From Anaeromyxobacteraceae bacterium (GTDB lineage Bacteria > Myxococcota > Myxococcia > Myxococcales > Anaeromyxobacteraceae): a stretch of DNA of 53,459 nucleotides. Positions 41,661-49,301 of this stretch are shown here, piece by piece. The translations under genes were made by a program, and so were the position numbers. Numbering within the stretch: the stretch's first letter is position 1; each line of letters opens with the position of its first letter. The DNA lies in assembly GCA_035719085.1 (NCBI GenBank), contig DASTGK010000456.1:1-53459 (forward strand), written 5' to 3'. The notes beneath the pieces were generated by a model. It had not been told where the DNA came from, ran no database searches, and was given only the letters and a program-made list of their open reading frames with translations.

Positions 41661-41924
41661 ATGAGTTTCTTCGTCCTCGCGCTGACCCTCACCCTCTCCG
41701 CTGGCCCGTACATGGGCGAGCCCGTCACGCGTCAGGAGGCGGACGGCACGTGGACGTGCGGCGGGGCCTGCCACACCACAGGCAACGCCGACGGCGGGGA
41801 GTGCCACGTCGCAGTGCACGCCTCTCGGCAGTCCTCGGAGCGGGCGTGCCTGGACGACCTCGAGCGCCAGTGCCGGAAGCTGAAGCCGCCTCGTGGAGGG
41901 TGTCGCCTTGGCCGAACGCCCTGA
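41661..41924 (+). CDS. Small secreted Cys-rich protein.
   Basis: MSFFVLALTLTLSA signal-like N-terminus, followed by 6 Cys. Confidence 0.5.
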   Translation: MSFFVLALTLTLSAGPYMGEPVTRQEADGTWTCGGACHTTGNADGGECHVAVHASRQSSERACLDDLERQCRKLKPPRGGCRLGRTP

Positions 41925-42291
41925 CCCGAAGCTCGTCGGCGCCATCGTCGCGGGCGTGGTGGTGGCGCTCGGTGGCGGAGCTGGCGGCTACCTGGCCCGC
42001 GGCACGCCGGAGAAGGGCGCTCCGGTCGTCGAGCACGTCACCCCCGAGCGCGTGGAGAACTTGGAGCGCTGGCGCGCCGCACGCGAAGCACTGGACGCGC
42101 GGGACCGCGAGGAGCGTCAGCAGCTCGTCGCCGCCATCCAGGACTTGAGCAAGACGAACGGCTCCCTCCGGGATGCGGTGCTGGTCGTCACCGAGCGACA
42201 GGGCACCGTCTCCGGGCGCCAGGAGGCCATGGAGGCGCGACTCCGGGCGCTGGAGCAGGCCGTTACCACCCGCAGCACCCCGAAGAGGTAA
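41893..42291 (+). CDS. Membrane-anchored coiled-coil protein, possibly a lysis accessory or spanin-like protein.
   Basis: TM LVGAIVAGVVVALGGGAGGYL followed by a coiled coil. The start is uncertain. Confidence 0.4.
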   Translation: MEGVALAERPDPKLVGAIVAGVVVALGGGAGGYLARGTPEKGAPVVEHVTPERVENLERWRAAREALDARDREERQQLVAAIQDLSKTNGSLRDAVLVVTERQGTVSGRQEAMEARLRALEQAVTTRSTPKR

Positions 42292-42296
42292 CCTCC

Positions 42297-42497
42297 ATGC
42301 CCGAGCTCAGCCCCACCGTCCGCCGTCTCGCCGTCACCCTCGCCACCGCCGCCATCGTCGCGCTCAACCGGAAGCTGGGCCTGGGGCTGGAGCAGCCGGA
42401 CGTGCTGGCCCTGTCGGGTCTGGCGGTGGCGTACTTGGCTCAGTCCGGGTACGTGGCCGCGGCGAAGGCGAGGGGCGAGGCGGACACCGCGAACTAA
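42297..42497 (+). CDS. Small two-TM membrane protein, possibly a holin.
   Basis: 66 aa. LAVTLATAAIVAL and LALSGLAVAYLAQSGYVAAA, with a charged C-terminus. Confidence 0.4.
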   Translation: MPELSPTVRRLAVTLATAAIVALNRKLGLGLEQPDVLALSGLAVAYLAQSGYVAAAKARGEADTAN

Positions 42498-42733
42498 GGC
42501 TCTGAGAGCTCCCGAAGCCAGCGGTCGCGCCAGCGCTGCACGGCGTCGAGCCGGTGGAGCGTGAGCGTTACCCAGACCGGATCAGCGTTGGTCGGGCGCG
42601 GCTCGATTCGTCCGGCTCCGCCAAGCATGTCCACCACGTTGCCACGGTTCAGCCCGGCGGCGACGCGAGCGGCTTCCATGCGCTGCTCCTCGGTGGGTGC
42701 GAACCACGGGCGGAAGCGGGCGCGGGTGCTCAT
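42494..42733 (-). CDS. Hypothetical protein.
   Basis: 79 aa. ATGA overlap with the upstream gene. Confidence 0.5.
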   Translation of the reverse strand: MSTRARFRPWFAPTEEQRMEAARVAAGLNRGNVVDMLGGAGRIEPRPTNADPVWVTLTLHRLDAVQRWRDRWLRELSEP

Positions 42734-42993
42734 CGGCCGCTCCGCGCGCGGATGGCGGCGGCGAGATCCTCGGCGAGAGTGAGCGCTTGCGTGAGCCGGT
42801 CCACCTCCGCGAGCAAGGTCTCTCGGTCCGCCTGGTCGGGTGTCAGCCTGACGAGGTGGTACTGGGCGGCGATGCGCGCTTCCTCGGCGCGACGGCGAAT
42901 CTGGCGGAGCTCCAGTGGCATCGGCAAACGCTCGTCGCGCTTGGACGCGGCGATGAGCAGGCGCTCAGCCAGTTCGTCCGCGTTCCCGCTCAC
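42730..42993 (-). CDS. Hypothetical coiled-coil protein.
   Basis: GTG at 42993 (GTGA overlap). Confidence 0.5.
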   Translation of the reverse strand: MSGNADELAERLLIAASKRDERLPMPLELRQIRRRAEEARIAAQYHLVRLTPDQADRETLLAEVDRLTQALTLAEDLAAAIRARSGR

Positions 42994-43535
42994 GGCCTCA
43001 CCAGCCCGACCTCGACGCCGATGATGCACCCGCGCGCGTGCGTCCCGGCGCCGATGCCGGACTTGCAGTGGGGGCACGCCCCATCCACCCACTGGAGCGC
43101 CCGGAGGGTGTTCCGGAGCCGGTTGACCTCCGCCGCGGACTCGTCGGCGCGCGCCTCGCCCTCGGCGCGGAGCTGTGCGGCGGTGGCGTGGCTCTCGTTG
43201 GAGCGGGCGATCATCGAGAGCATGTCGTCCACCTGCTGGCGGGCGGCGTCCCGCTCCGCCCACGAGGCGCGGACCTCCGCGAGGAGCGCCGGCACATCGG
43301 CGCGCGCGTGGGCGATGAAGGCTTGGTCCCCCTGATACCGGGTCACCGTGGCGACCACGTCCGTCATCGCGTTCACCGCAACCGGCGCGCGGACCACCTG
43401 CGGATACGGCGGGTGTTTGCCGGTGTCGCCAGTCCAAGGCCCCGGCGTGGCCGTCCGCTCGCGCGCTTCCATCGCCTCCAGTTCGGCCGGGGTTAGCCGG
43501 TTCGCCGTCAGTCGCTTCGGCGCGACTCTGGGCAT
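42990..43535 (-). CDS. Ead/Ea22-like protein.
   Basis: PGPWTGD...VVATV...DQAFIAHARADVPALLAEV followed by a coiled coil and CPHC. Confidence 0.55.
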   Translation of the reverse strand: MPRVAPKRLTANRLTPAELEAMEARERTATPGPWTGDTGKHPPYPQVVRAPVAVNAMTDVVATVTRYQGDQAFIAHARADVPALLAEVRASWAERDAARQQVDDMLSMIARSNESHATAAQLRAEGEARADESAAEVNRLRNTLRALQWVDGACPHCKSGIGAGTHARGCIIGVEVGLVRP

Positions 43536-43723
43536 CAGCGCTTCCTCCCCTTGCTCTCCGGGGCACTCAGGCGCTCCCGCCCAGCGTCGAGCATCGCCAC
43601 CAGCCCCTCGGTGCGGTTGTGCGGCGACAACTTGTCCGCGTAGTCCACCAGGTATACCGGTAGACGCGCCACTACCTGCACCTTCGGGGCACCGTGGCCC
43701 GTCAGCTTCTTGGGTTCCGCCAT
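43535..43723 (-). CDS. Ribbon-helix-helix repressor-like protein.
   Basis: ATG at 43723 after gggggaggacttg. PKVQVVARLPVYLVDYADKLSPHNRTEGLVAMLDAG. Confidence 0.6.
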   Translation of the reverse strand: MAEPKKLTGHGAPKVQVVARLPVYLVDYADKLSPHNRTEGLVAMLDAGRERLSAPESKGRKR

Positions 43724-43774
43724 CAAGTCCTCCCCCGATAGAAGTACGCGGAATGCGAACGCATTGCAAGCCGC

Positions 43775-43803
43775 TTGACGGCGGGCCTGGATTGCATTAC
43801 ACA
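43775..43803 (+). promoter_or_regulatory. Sigma70-like rightward promoter (TTGACG, 17 nt spacer, TACACA) with flanking ATTGCA boxes and the palindrome AATGCG-AA-CGCATT (43752-43765).
   Basis: gaatgcgaacgcattgcaagccgcttgacggcgggcctggattgcattacaca. Confidence 0.45.
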
Positions 43804-43846
43804 TTCGGCACCCCGTGCCGCCATCGCCGGGGCGGAGGGCAAGTAG

Positions 43847-44044
43847 ATGTCACGCACCAAGATTTGGAGTGCGCGGATCCGCTTCACCGAGGATGAGTTG
43901 GAGGTCGTCTTGGCGGCGCTGGCGCTGTGGGAGGCCACGCCAGCGGGGGGCGATATCTCCGAAGAACAGGCCGACGAGTACGCAGACGCCTGCGACTCAG
44001 CCCGCCACAAGGTGACCGCCGCCCTTCCACCGAGGACGGCCTAG
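43847..44044 (+). CDS. Hypothetical protein.
   Basis: 65 aa, preceded by ggcggagggcaagtag. Confidence 0.5.
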   Translation: MSRTKIWSARIRFTEDELEVVLAALALWEATPAGGDISEEQADEYADACDSARHKVTAALPPRTA

Positions 44045-44045
44045 G

Positions 44046-44411
44046 ATGCACCTCCATGCCACCATCACCGTAGGCCGGGAGACCGACTCCGGCGGCTACG
44101 TCGACCTCACCGTCACCGTCGAGGGCGAGGTGTCGGAGACGCCGGAGGAGTACCGCGTCGCCGGCCTGCGCGTGGTGGCGATGGCGCCCCGGTACGTCGA
44201 GGAGTGGAGCGACCTCTCGCCGGCGGAGCAGGCCAGCGCCATCGAGGCGCTCATCGAGAAGTACCAGCACTCCGGCGCGGCGGAGCGCTGCGCCATCTGC
44301 GGCGCGGAGTTGGCGGCGGGAGAGGGGCTCCGCCGCGAGGTGGGCGTCATCTGCAGGCCCGGACGCGGGTGCGCGTTCCGGGCGAACAACGACGCGAGGG
44401 ACTGGTCATGA
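44046..44411 (+). CDS. Hypothetical protein.
   Basis: 121 aa. Confidence 0.5.
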   Translation: MHLHATITVGRETDSGGYVDLTVTVEGEVSETPEEYRVAGLRVVAMAPRYVEEWSDLSPAEQASAIEALIEKYQHSGAAERCAICGAELAAGEGLRREVGVICRPGRGCAFRANNDARDWS

Positions 44412-44899
44412 GCAAACATCCGGAGCATTCTCGCAATTTTTGGCGAGAGGTGTATCTCGCCCGACTGCGTGACGGGGCATCCTGGACTCAGGCGGCGGTC
44501 GGTGCGGATTCTGCGGTCGAGGCGGAGGCAATAGCGTTCGCGTCCCCTCCGCTCGCCAACGGGGCGCAGGCGGGGGCGGTGGCACTCGCCTCGACCTGCG
44601 CGCCAGCCTTGCTGGAGGCGTTGGCGGAGATCAACCGCCGATCCGACGCCGTGATGGGGCGAGCTCAGGCGGCCGAGGCCGAAGTGGAGCGACTTAAACA
44701 GGAGCGTCGGGAGGCGGACGAGAACCTCGAAACCCAAGTCCGGCGCGCAACCAAGGCGGAAGCTCTCCTTGGGGAGGCGCTCGCGGTGCTGCGGCAGTTG
44801 CCTCGCATCATGCGCGATCGGTCGGTGGCCCAGGTCGAGGAGGACGGCAGCAAAGTGCTCGCCCGCGCCTCTCAGGAGGGCTTCGCCCATGGCGAGTGA
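44408..44899 (+). CDS. Hypothetical coiled-coil protein.
   Basis: ATGA overlap at 44408. Confidence 0.5.
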   Translation: MSKHPEHSRNFWREVYLARLRDGASWTQAAVGADSAVEAEAIAFASPPLANGAQAGAVALASTCAPALLEALAEINRRSDAVMGRAQAAEAEVERLKQERREADENLETQVRRATKAEALLGEALAVLRQLPRIMRDRSVAQVEEDGSKVLARASQEGFAHGE

Positions 44900-45290
44900 G
44901 CGCATGGCGGAGAGCGACGCGCAGGACTTCCTCGCCCGCCTGAGCCAGTGCGTGGTGGCGGCCCACAACCGCGGCGACCACGGGACGGCCCAGGTACTCC
45001 GGGAGGGGATGGAGGAGTTCGAGCGGCTGCGGAAGGCGGAGCCGGTTGACCACGCCTTCGTCCCGGGCGTCACGCCGGGCACCAGCGCCTGGTGCGCGCG
45101 GAGCGGCTGTGGGCGCGGTTCGGATGAGCACCTCGCGTTCGGGCTCGCCGCCAACGTCGCGCCGCTGCGGGAGCGCCTCCGCCTCATCGCCACCGCGGGG
45201 CGGACGATGGCGGCCAACACGTCGCACCCGCGCGACCGGATGGCCCTGGAGGGGCTGGCGGACCTCGCGGAGAAGGGGCCGACCCGATGA
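44889..45290 (+). CDS. Hypothetical protein.
   Basis: ATG at 44889. 133 aa. Confidence 0.5.
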   Translation: MASERMAESDAQDFLARLSQCVVAAHNRGDHGTAQVLREGMEEFERLRKAEPVDHAFVPGVTPGTSAWCARSGCGRGSDEHLAFGLAANVAPLRERLRLIATAGRTMAANTSHPRDRMALEGLADLAEKGPTR

Positions 45291-45853
45291 GCGCCGGCTG
45301 GGAGTCCCTCGCCTCGACGCGGATGCTCGACATCCGGTGCGCCGTCTGTGGCCATCCGCTCCGGGACGCGCTCTCCGCCGAAGTCGCCCTCGGCCCCGAC
45401 TGCCGCGCGAAGTACGGCTACGACGCCGTGCAGGTGACTTCCGAGGGTCGAGCCGAGGCGAACAAGCTCATCTACCTGATCGCCGACCGGCGCGAGGGTC
45501 CGTCCGTGCGCGAGGCCTGCTCGCGGCTGGTGGAGTTGGGCTTCACGCGTCTCGCGGCACGCATCTTCGAGCGCATAGTGCGCGTCGTGGTGGAGCGCGG
45601 AGAGAATCAGCGGCTCCTGGTCCGGGTGTCCCGCCCGTATGCCGTGGGCCACCACGACGCCTTCGCTGGCATCCCTGGCCGCGTCCGCGACCACCAAGAG
45701 CGGGTGGATGTGCTTCCCGGCTCCAGCTTCGACGCTCTCTGGCGGGTGTTGCAGGAGCTCTACCCGGGCGAGCGCGTGGCGCTCCCTGGTGGCGAGGTGC
45801 AGTCCATTCCGTACCTGCCCGTGCAGGACGGTGGCGGGGACGTGGGGTTCTGA
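45287..45853 (+). CDS. DUF6011-type zinc-ribbon protein.
   Basis: RCAVCGHPLRDALSAEVALGPDCRAKYGY. Confidence 0.55.
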   Translation: MSAGWESLASTRMLDIRCAVCGHPLRDALSAEVALGPDCRAKYGYDAVQVTSEGRAEANKLIYLIADRREGPSVREACSRLVELGFTRLAARIFERIVRVVVERGENQRLLVRVSRPYAVGHHDAFAGIPGRVRDHQERVDVLPGSSFDALWRVLQELYPGERVALPGGEVQSIPYLPVQDGGGDVGF

Positions 45854-46935
45854 TGAGCACCGAGACCGAGGCCCTCCAGCAACTCCAGACGTTCGCGGCG
45901 GACTTGGAGCGCCGGCAGCTTGACGGGCGCCTGAAGCGCCGCGCGAGCCTGTGGAAGCCGACCGCCACCAGCGCCACCCAGCTCGGCTACGAGTGCGAGC
46001 GGCGCATCGTCTACCAGCGCGTCCTGCCGTGGGCGGCGGAGCCGATCTCCGCTGAGCTGGCCTCCATCTTCGAAGAGGGCAACTACCACGAGCGCCAGGT
46101 GCTGCGGGAGCTTGAGGAGGACTTGGGCATCCCGCTCCGAGAGCGCAACGCCACCTTCCGGGATGCGGATCTGGAGTTGGTGGGGCAGCTCGACGCCGAG
46201 GCCAAAGTTCCAGCCCTGGGCTGGGTGCCGGTCGAGGTGAAGGGGCTCGCGTTCATCCCGGGTGACGACGTGGAGGGCGCAGACCTGGCGGACGGTCCGG
46301 TCGCGCTGCATCGGCGCTACTTCGCGCAGCTCCAGGTCTACCTGTTCCTCCGGGGGAAGCCGGCCGGGCTCCTCCTCTTCAAGTCGAAGGCGACCGGGCG
46401 GTGGCGTGTCGTCCCGGTGGCGCTGGACTACGAGCGGACGGAGGTGCTCCTACGGCGCGCCGAGCGCGTGCGGGACGCGGTGCGCGCGTACATCGCGGCG
46501 TTCGCCACGGTGATGCCGTACACGCAGGACGGCCCAGACCACGACGAGGCGGGGGTGTCGATCATCACCGCCGGCCGGCGCGCCGGGATGCTCACCGCAG
46601 AACCTCACCTTCCCGCGCGAATCCCCGACCGCTCCGAGTGCGGCTCCTGCCCGTTCCGGCGGACCTGTAACCCGAGCGAGGCGCCCGTGGACCCGGCGCT
46701 GCTGGTGGATGATCAGGCGCTCATCACGGACCTGGTGGTCATGGCCGAGGCCAAGCCGCACCGGTTGGTCTACGAGAAGAAGTACAAGGCCGTCCGCAAC
46801 CGCTTCGCCCTCACCGGGGGAAGCGTGTTCTTCGCCGGACCGTTCAAGGTCGAGAAGAAGCCGCACGGCTCGTCGTGGCGGCTCGACATCACCAACCAAG
46901 AGGAGGCGCACCGTGGACCAGCAGACCCCGAGTAA
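45853..46935 (+). CDS. Cas4/RecB-family PD-(D/E)XK exonuclease with an Fe-S cluster Cys motif.
   Basis: GQLDAEA...VPVEVKG, QLQVYLFL (QxxxY), an N-terminal Cys (YECERR) and C-terminal CGSCPFRRTC (CX2CX5C). Confidence 0.8.
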   Translation: MSTETEALQQLQTFAADLERRQLDGRLKRRASLWKPTATSATQLGYECERRIVYQRVLPWAAEPISAELASIFEEGNYHERQVLRELEEDLGIPLRERNATFRDADLELVGQLDAEAKVPALGWVPVEVKGLAFIPGDDVEGADLADGPVALHRRYFAQLQVYLFLRGKPAGLLLFKSKATGRWRVVPVALDYERTEVLLRRAERVRDAVRAYIAAFATVMPYTQDGPDHDEAGVSIITAGRRAGMLTAEPHLPARIPDRSECGSCPFRRTCNPSEAPVDPALLVDDQALITDLVVMAEAKPHRLVYEKKYKAVRNRFALTGGSVFFAGPFKVEKKPHGSSWRLDITNQEEAHRGPADPE

Positions 46936-47998
46936 GCTCGTCGACCCGTCCGGTAACCCCATCCCGCCCAGGAGCGCCGCGCTCGCCACGCAGCCGGTCC
47001 GCATCGACGCCGGCCGCCTGGACCTGCTGGACCCGGAGCTCCCGGACGAGGGGATGGTGCGCCAACTGGAGCAGCGCGCCCTCTTCCGCGAGCGCATCAT
47101 CCAGCTCGCCCTGCGGCAGACGGCGGCCACCCAGTACGTCATCCACCGCGCCGAAGGCGACGAGGCGCGGGAGTCCGTGTACCCGATGGGCGCCGCGGCG
47201 GACGCCATGTTCAGCTTCCTCGGGCTGACCTGGGCCTCCGTGGTCGAGTCCACCGTGGACGGGCGCCCGTCGTACCGGCGCGGCGAACAGAAGTGGCAGT
47301 CGGAGATCCGCTCCGTCCCCGTCAAGGACGGGAAAGGCAACGTCGTCGGCGAGGACCGCTACTACTGGGTGAAGAGCGGACTCTGGTCCCGCGATGCGCT
47401 GGTGGCGCTGGCGGAGGGCAAGCGCCTGATTGGGGTCGGCTACTCCAAGGACGAGCCCACCACGGAGATGAACGCCTTCGAGAACCTGAAGTCCCGCGCC
47501 GTCCGCGAGGTGCTGGGCCTGAAGGGGAAGGACCGCACCTGGTACAAGGTGCAGGGCCTCGACCTCTCCGCCGCGCGCGTGGCGGAGTTCCAGGACCGCA
47601 AGGCCGGCGCCTCCAGCGACCCGGACCAGGCCGTCATCAAGTGGGGAAAGGCCAAGGGCAAGAAGGTGTCGGAGTTGTCCGACGACGACCTCCGCTTCTA
47701 CACGGAGCGACAGGAGAAGGACTGCGCGGACCCGGAGAAGGCGAAGTTCAAGCCGGAGCGCCTCCTCGCCGCGCTGAAAGCGGAGGCCGAGCGCCGCGCC
47801 GCGAAGCCGACGGAGGACGCGGAGAGCGCGGAGGAGTTCGACCGGACGATCATCGCTCTGCGCGAGGAGATGCTGTCCCAGCGCGTCGACGCCACGAAGC
47901 TCGACGCTTACGTGGCAACGCTCCAGACGCTGGAGCAGGCCCGGCGCGCCCTAGAGCATTACCGCGGGAAGCGGGCGAAAAAGACCACCTCGCCATGA
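46913..47998 (+). CDS. Putative single-strand annealing or recombination protein. Function is inferred from position only.
   Basis: GTG at 46913 after aggagg. 361 aa, directly downstream of the exonuclease. Confidence 0.45.
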   Translation: MDQQTPSKLVDPSGNPIPPRSAALATQPVRIDAGRLDLLDPELPDEGMVRQLEQRALFRERIIQLALRQTAATQYVIHRAEGDEARESVYPMGAAADAMFSFLGLTWASVVESTVDGRPSYRRGEQKWQSEIRSVPVKDGKGNVVGEDRYYWVKSGLWSRDALVALAEGKRLIGVGYSKDEPTTEMNAFENLKSRAVREVLGLKGKDRTWYKVQGLDLSAARVAEFQDRKAGASSDPDQAVIKWGKAKGKKVSELSDDDLRFYTERQEKDCADPEKAKFKPERLLAALKAEAERRAAKPTEDAESAEEFDRTIIALREEMLSQRVDATKLDAYVATLQTLEQARRALEHYRGKRAKKTTSP

Positions 47999-48123
47999 AC
48001 TCCGGCGCGCGCAAGTGCCACTACGGCGACGTGGGCGACCTCGCACCGCGCGACGAGCGCCTGCGCGCGCTCCGGGCTTTCGTCTTCTCCCGGTGGTACG
48101 GTGCCACCCGCGCGCAGGTCTAG
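47995..48123 (+). CDS. Small hypothetical protein.
   Basis: ATGA overlap. 42 aa. Confidence 0.35.
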   Translation: MNSGARKCHYGDVGDLAPRDERLRALRAFVFSRWYGATRAQV

Positions 48124-48131
48124 GCCGACCT

Positions 48132-48156
48132 CCGAAGCGTCATCGTGACGCTTCGG
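48132..48156. terminator. Perfect copy of the palindromic element (11-bp stem) between convergent operons. Candidate bidirectional terminator.
   Basis: ccgaagcgtca-tcg-tgacgcttcgg. It lies 9 nt after the stop at 48123 (+) and 11 nt after the stop at 48167 (-). Confidence 0.6.
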
Positions 48157-48166
48157 GCGGCCCACC

Positions 48167-48469
48167 TCAGCTCGGCTCCAGCGCGTTCTGCACGAGCGAC
48201 CGCAGCTCCGAGTCCTGGAGCGCCTGGAGCAGCAGCGCCGCCCGGAACGCCTCCCGGCACCACGCCGGCACGGTGACGCCCTGGTGCTCGGCTGCGGTGG
48301 TGATCGCCCGCTCCCAGCTCGCCGGCAGCCGAACGGGGTCCAGGCGCGCGCCTTCGCCCGGAGCCGCTCGTGGTGCGTGGGGCGCGGCGCGGTAGCAACG
48401 CTGACAGAGCCCGGCACGGTAGGCCTTGCGCCCGTCGCCCCTGGAGCACAGGCTCCCCTCACCCGGCAT
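48167..48469 (-). CDS. Cys-motif plus ribbon-helix-helix protein. Paralogue of 15535-15732.
   Basis: LCSRGDGRKAYRAGLCQRCY then ERAITTAAEHQGVTVPAWCREAFRAAL. Confidence 0.6.
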   Translation of the reverse strand: MPGEGSLCSRGDGRKAYRAGLCQRCYRAAPHAPRAAPGEGARLDPVRLPASWERAITTAAEHQGVTVPAWCREAFRAALLLQALQDSELRSLVQNALEPS

Positions 48470-48584
48470 GGGGCAACCGAAACGGAAGAGCTCCGGCCAA
48501 GTCCCAGTGCGGCTCGACCGCGAGCGGGTCGTGGGGCTCCATCCCCGCCGCATGTCGGCGCCGGACGTCCTCGGTCCATCCCAT
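48459..48584 (-). CDS. Small hypothetical protein (41 aa).
   Basis: gggaggttgacATG. High GC3. Start/stop coupling with both neighbours. Confidence 0.35.
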   Translation of the reverse strand: MGWTEDVRRRHAAGMEPHDPLAVEPHWDLAGALPFRLPHAG

Positions 48585-48585
48585 G

Positions 48586-49056
48586 TCAACCTCCCGCGGC
48601 GCCCAGCAGCGCCGCCTCGTCCTCGTAGGGTGCGCCCAGCTCGCGCGCTCGCGCTACCACCTCGCGGATGTGGCTCCGGTCGTTCGCCCCAAGGTGCCGC
48701 CCCGCCCGTGCCCGCGCCAGGGCACGCCGCTCGTCCTTGTCCTCGCCGGGCACCGGCCGGCGCTCCAGGTCCAGCGTCGAGGGCTGGGCCTGGGCGACGT
48801 GCTCCCACGCGTTGCCCGGGCCCGCGAAGCGCAGGACCAGGGGGCGCCGGAGAGCGTGCACAGCGGCGGGGCCGAGCGCGTCGAGCTGGCGCCGCCAAGT
48901 GACTAGCGCCGCCAGCTCCGCCAGATCGGCGCTCGTCCATGAGCCGCGCAGGTCCTGGGTGTTGCCGCCGATGCCGAGAGCAGCCGTCCAGCGGCCACCC
49001 TCGACGGCTCGCACCACGACGTAGACGTGCTCGGAGGAGAGCGTCACGGCGTGCAT
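48586..49056 (-). CDS. Hypothetical protein.
   Basis: ATG at 49056. 156 aa. Confidence 0.5.
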   Translation of the reverse strand: MHAVTLSSEHVYVVVRAVEGGRWTAALGIGGNTQDLRGSWTSADLAELAALVTWRRQLDALGPAAVHALRRPLVLRFAGPGNAWEHVAQAQPSTLDLERRPVPGEDKDERRALARARAGRHLGANDRSHIREVVARARELGAPYEDEAALLGAAGG

Positions 49057-49301
49057 GGCCGGGCCCAGTGCACCTCCACCATCGGCTCGGGGGTGGTGTA
49101 GCAGCGCTCGCAGACCCAGGACGCATCCAGCTTCGCGCCCTCGCGCACGCACGCCGCGTCCGCCAGGCGTCGGCACTGGCTGGAGCCCCGTGTCTCGCAC
49201 GGCGGCGGAGTGGCCCACGTCCGGGCGCCGCTCTCCGTGCCCTCGCAGGCTAGCACGAGGGCACCTAGCGCCAGAACGGTTGTCCAGCGGCCGTGGCTCA
49301 T
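49044..49301 (-). CDS. Small Cys-rich lipoprotein.
   Basis: MSHGRWTTVLALGALVLAC lipobox. ATGA overlap. Confidence 0.55.
   Translation of the reverse strand: MSHGRWTTVLALGALVLACEGTESGARTWATPPPCETRGSSQCRRLADAACVREGAKLDASWVCERCYTTPEPMVEVHWARPCTP

Noticed and set aside
3066-48156. The repeated palindromes as a CRISPR array.
   Set aside because: The copies are dispersed over 45 kb, not regularly spaced with short spacers, and no cas genes are present. The Cas4-like gene at 45853 is a phage recombination exonuclease by context.
47959-48579. ORF 47959-48579(-) and other track ORFs containing PKRHDDAS-like peptides as real genes.
   Set aside because: The peptide is just the palindrome read on the other strand. 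These ORFs overlap better-supported genes and have poor codon statistics.
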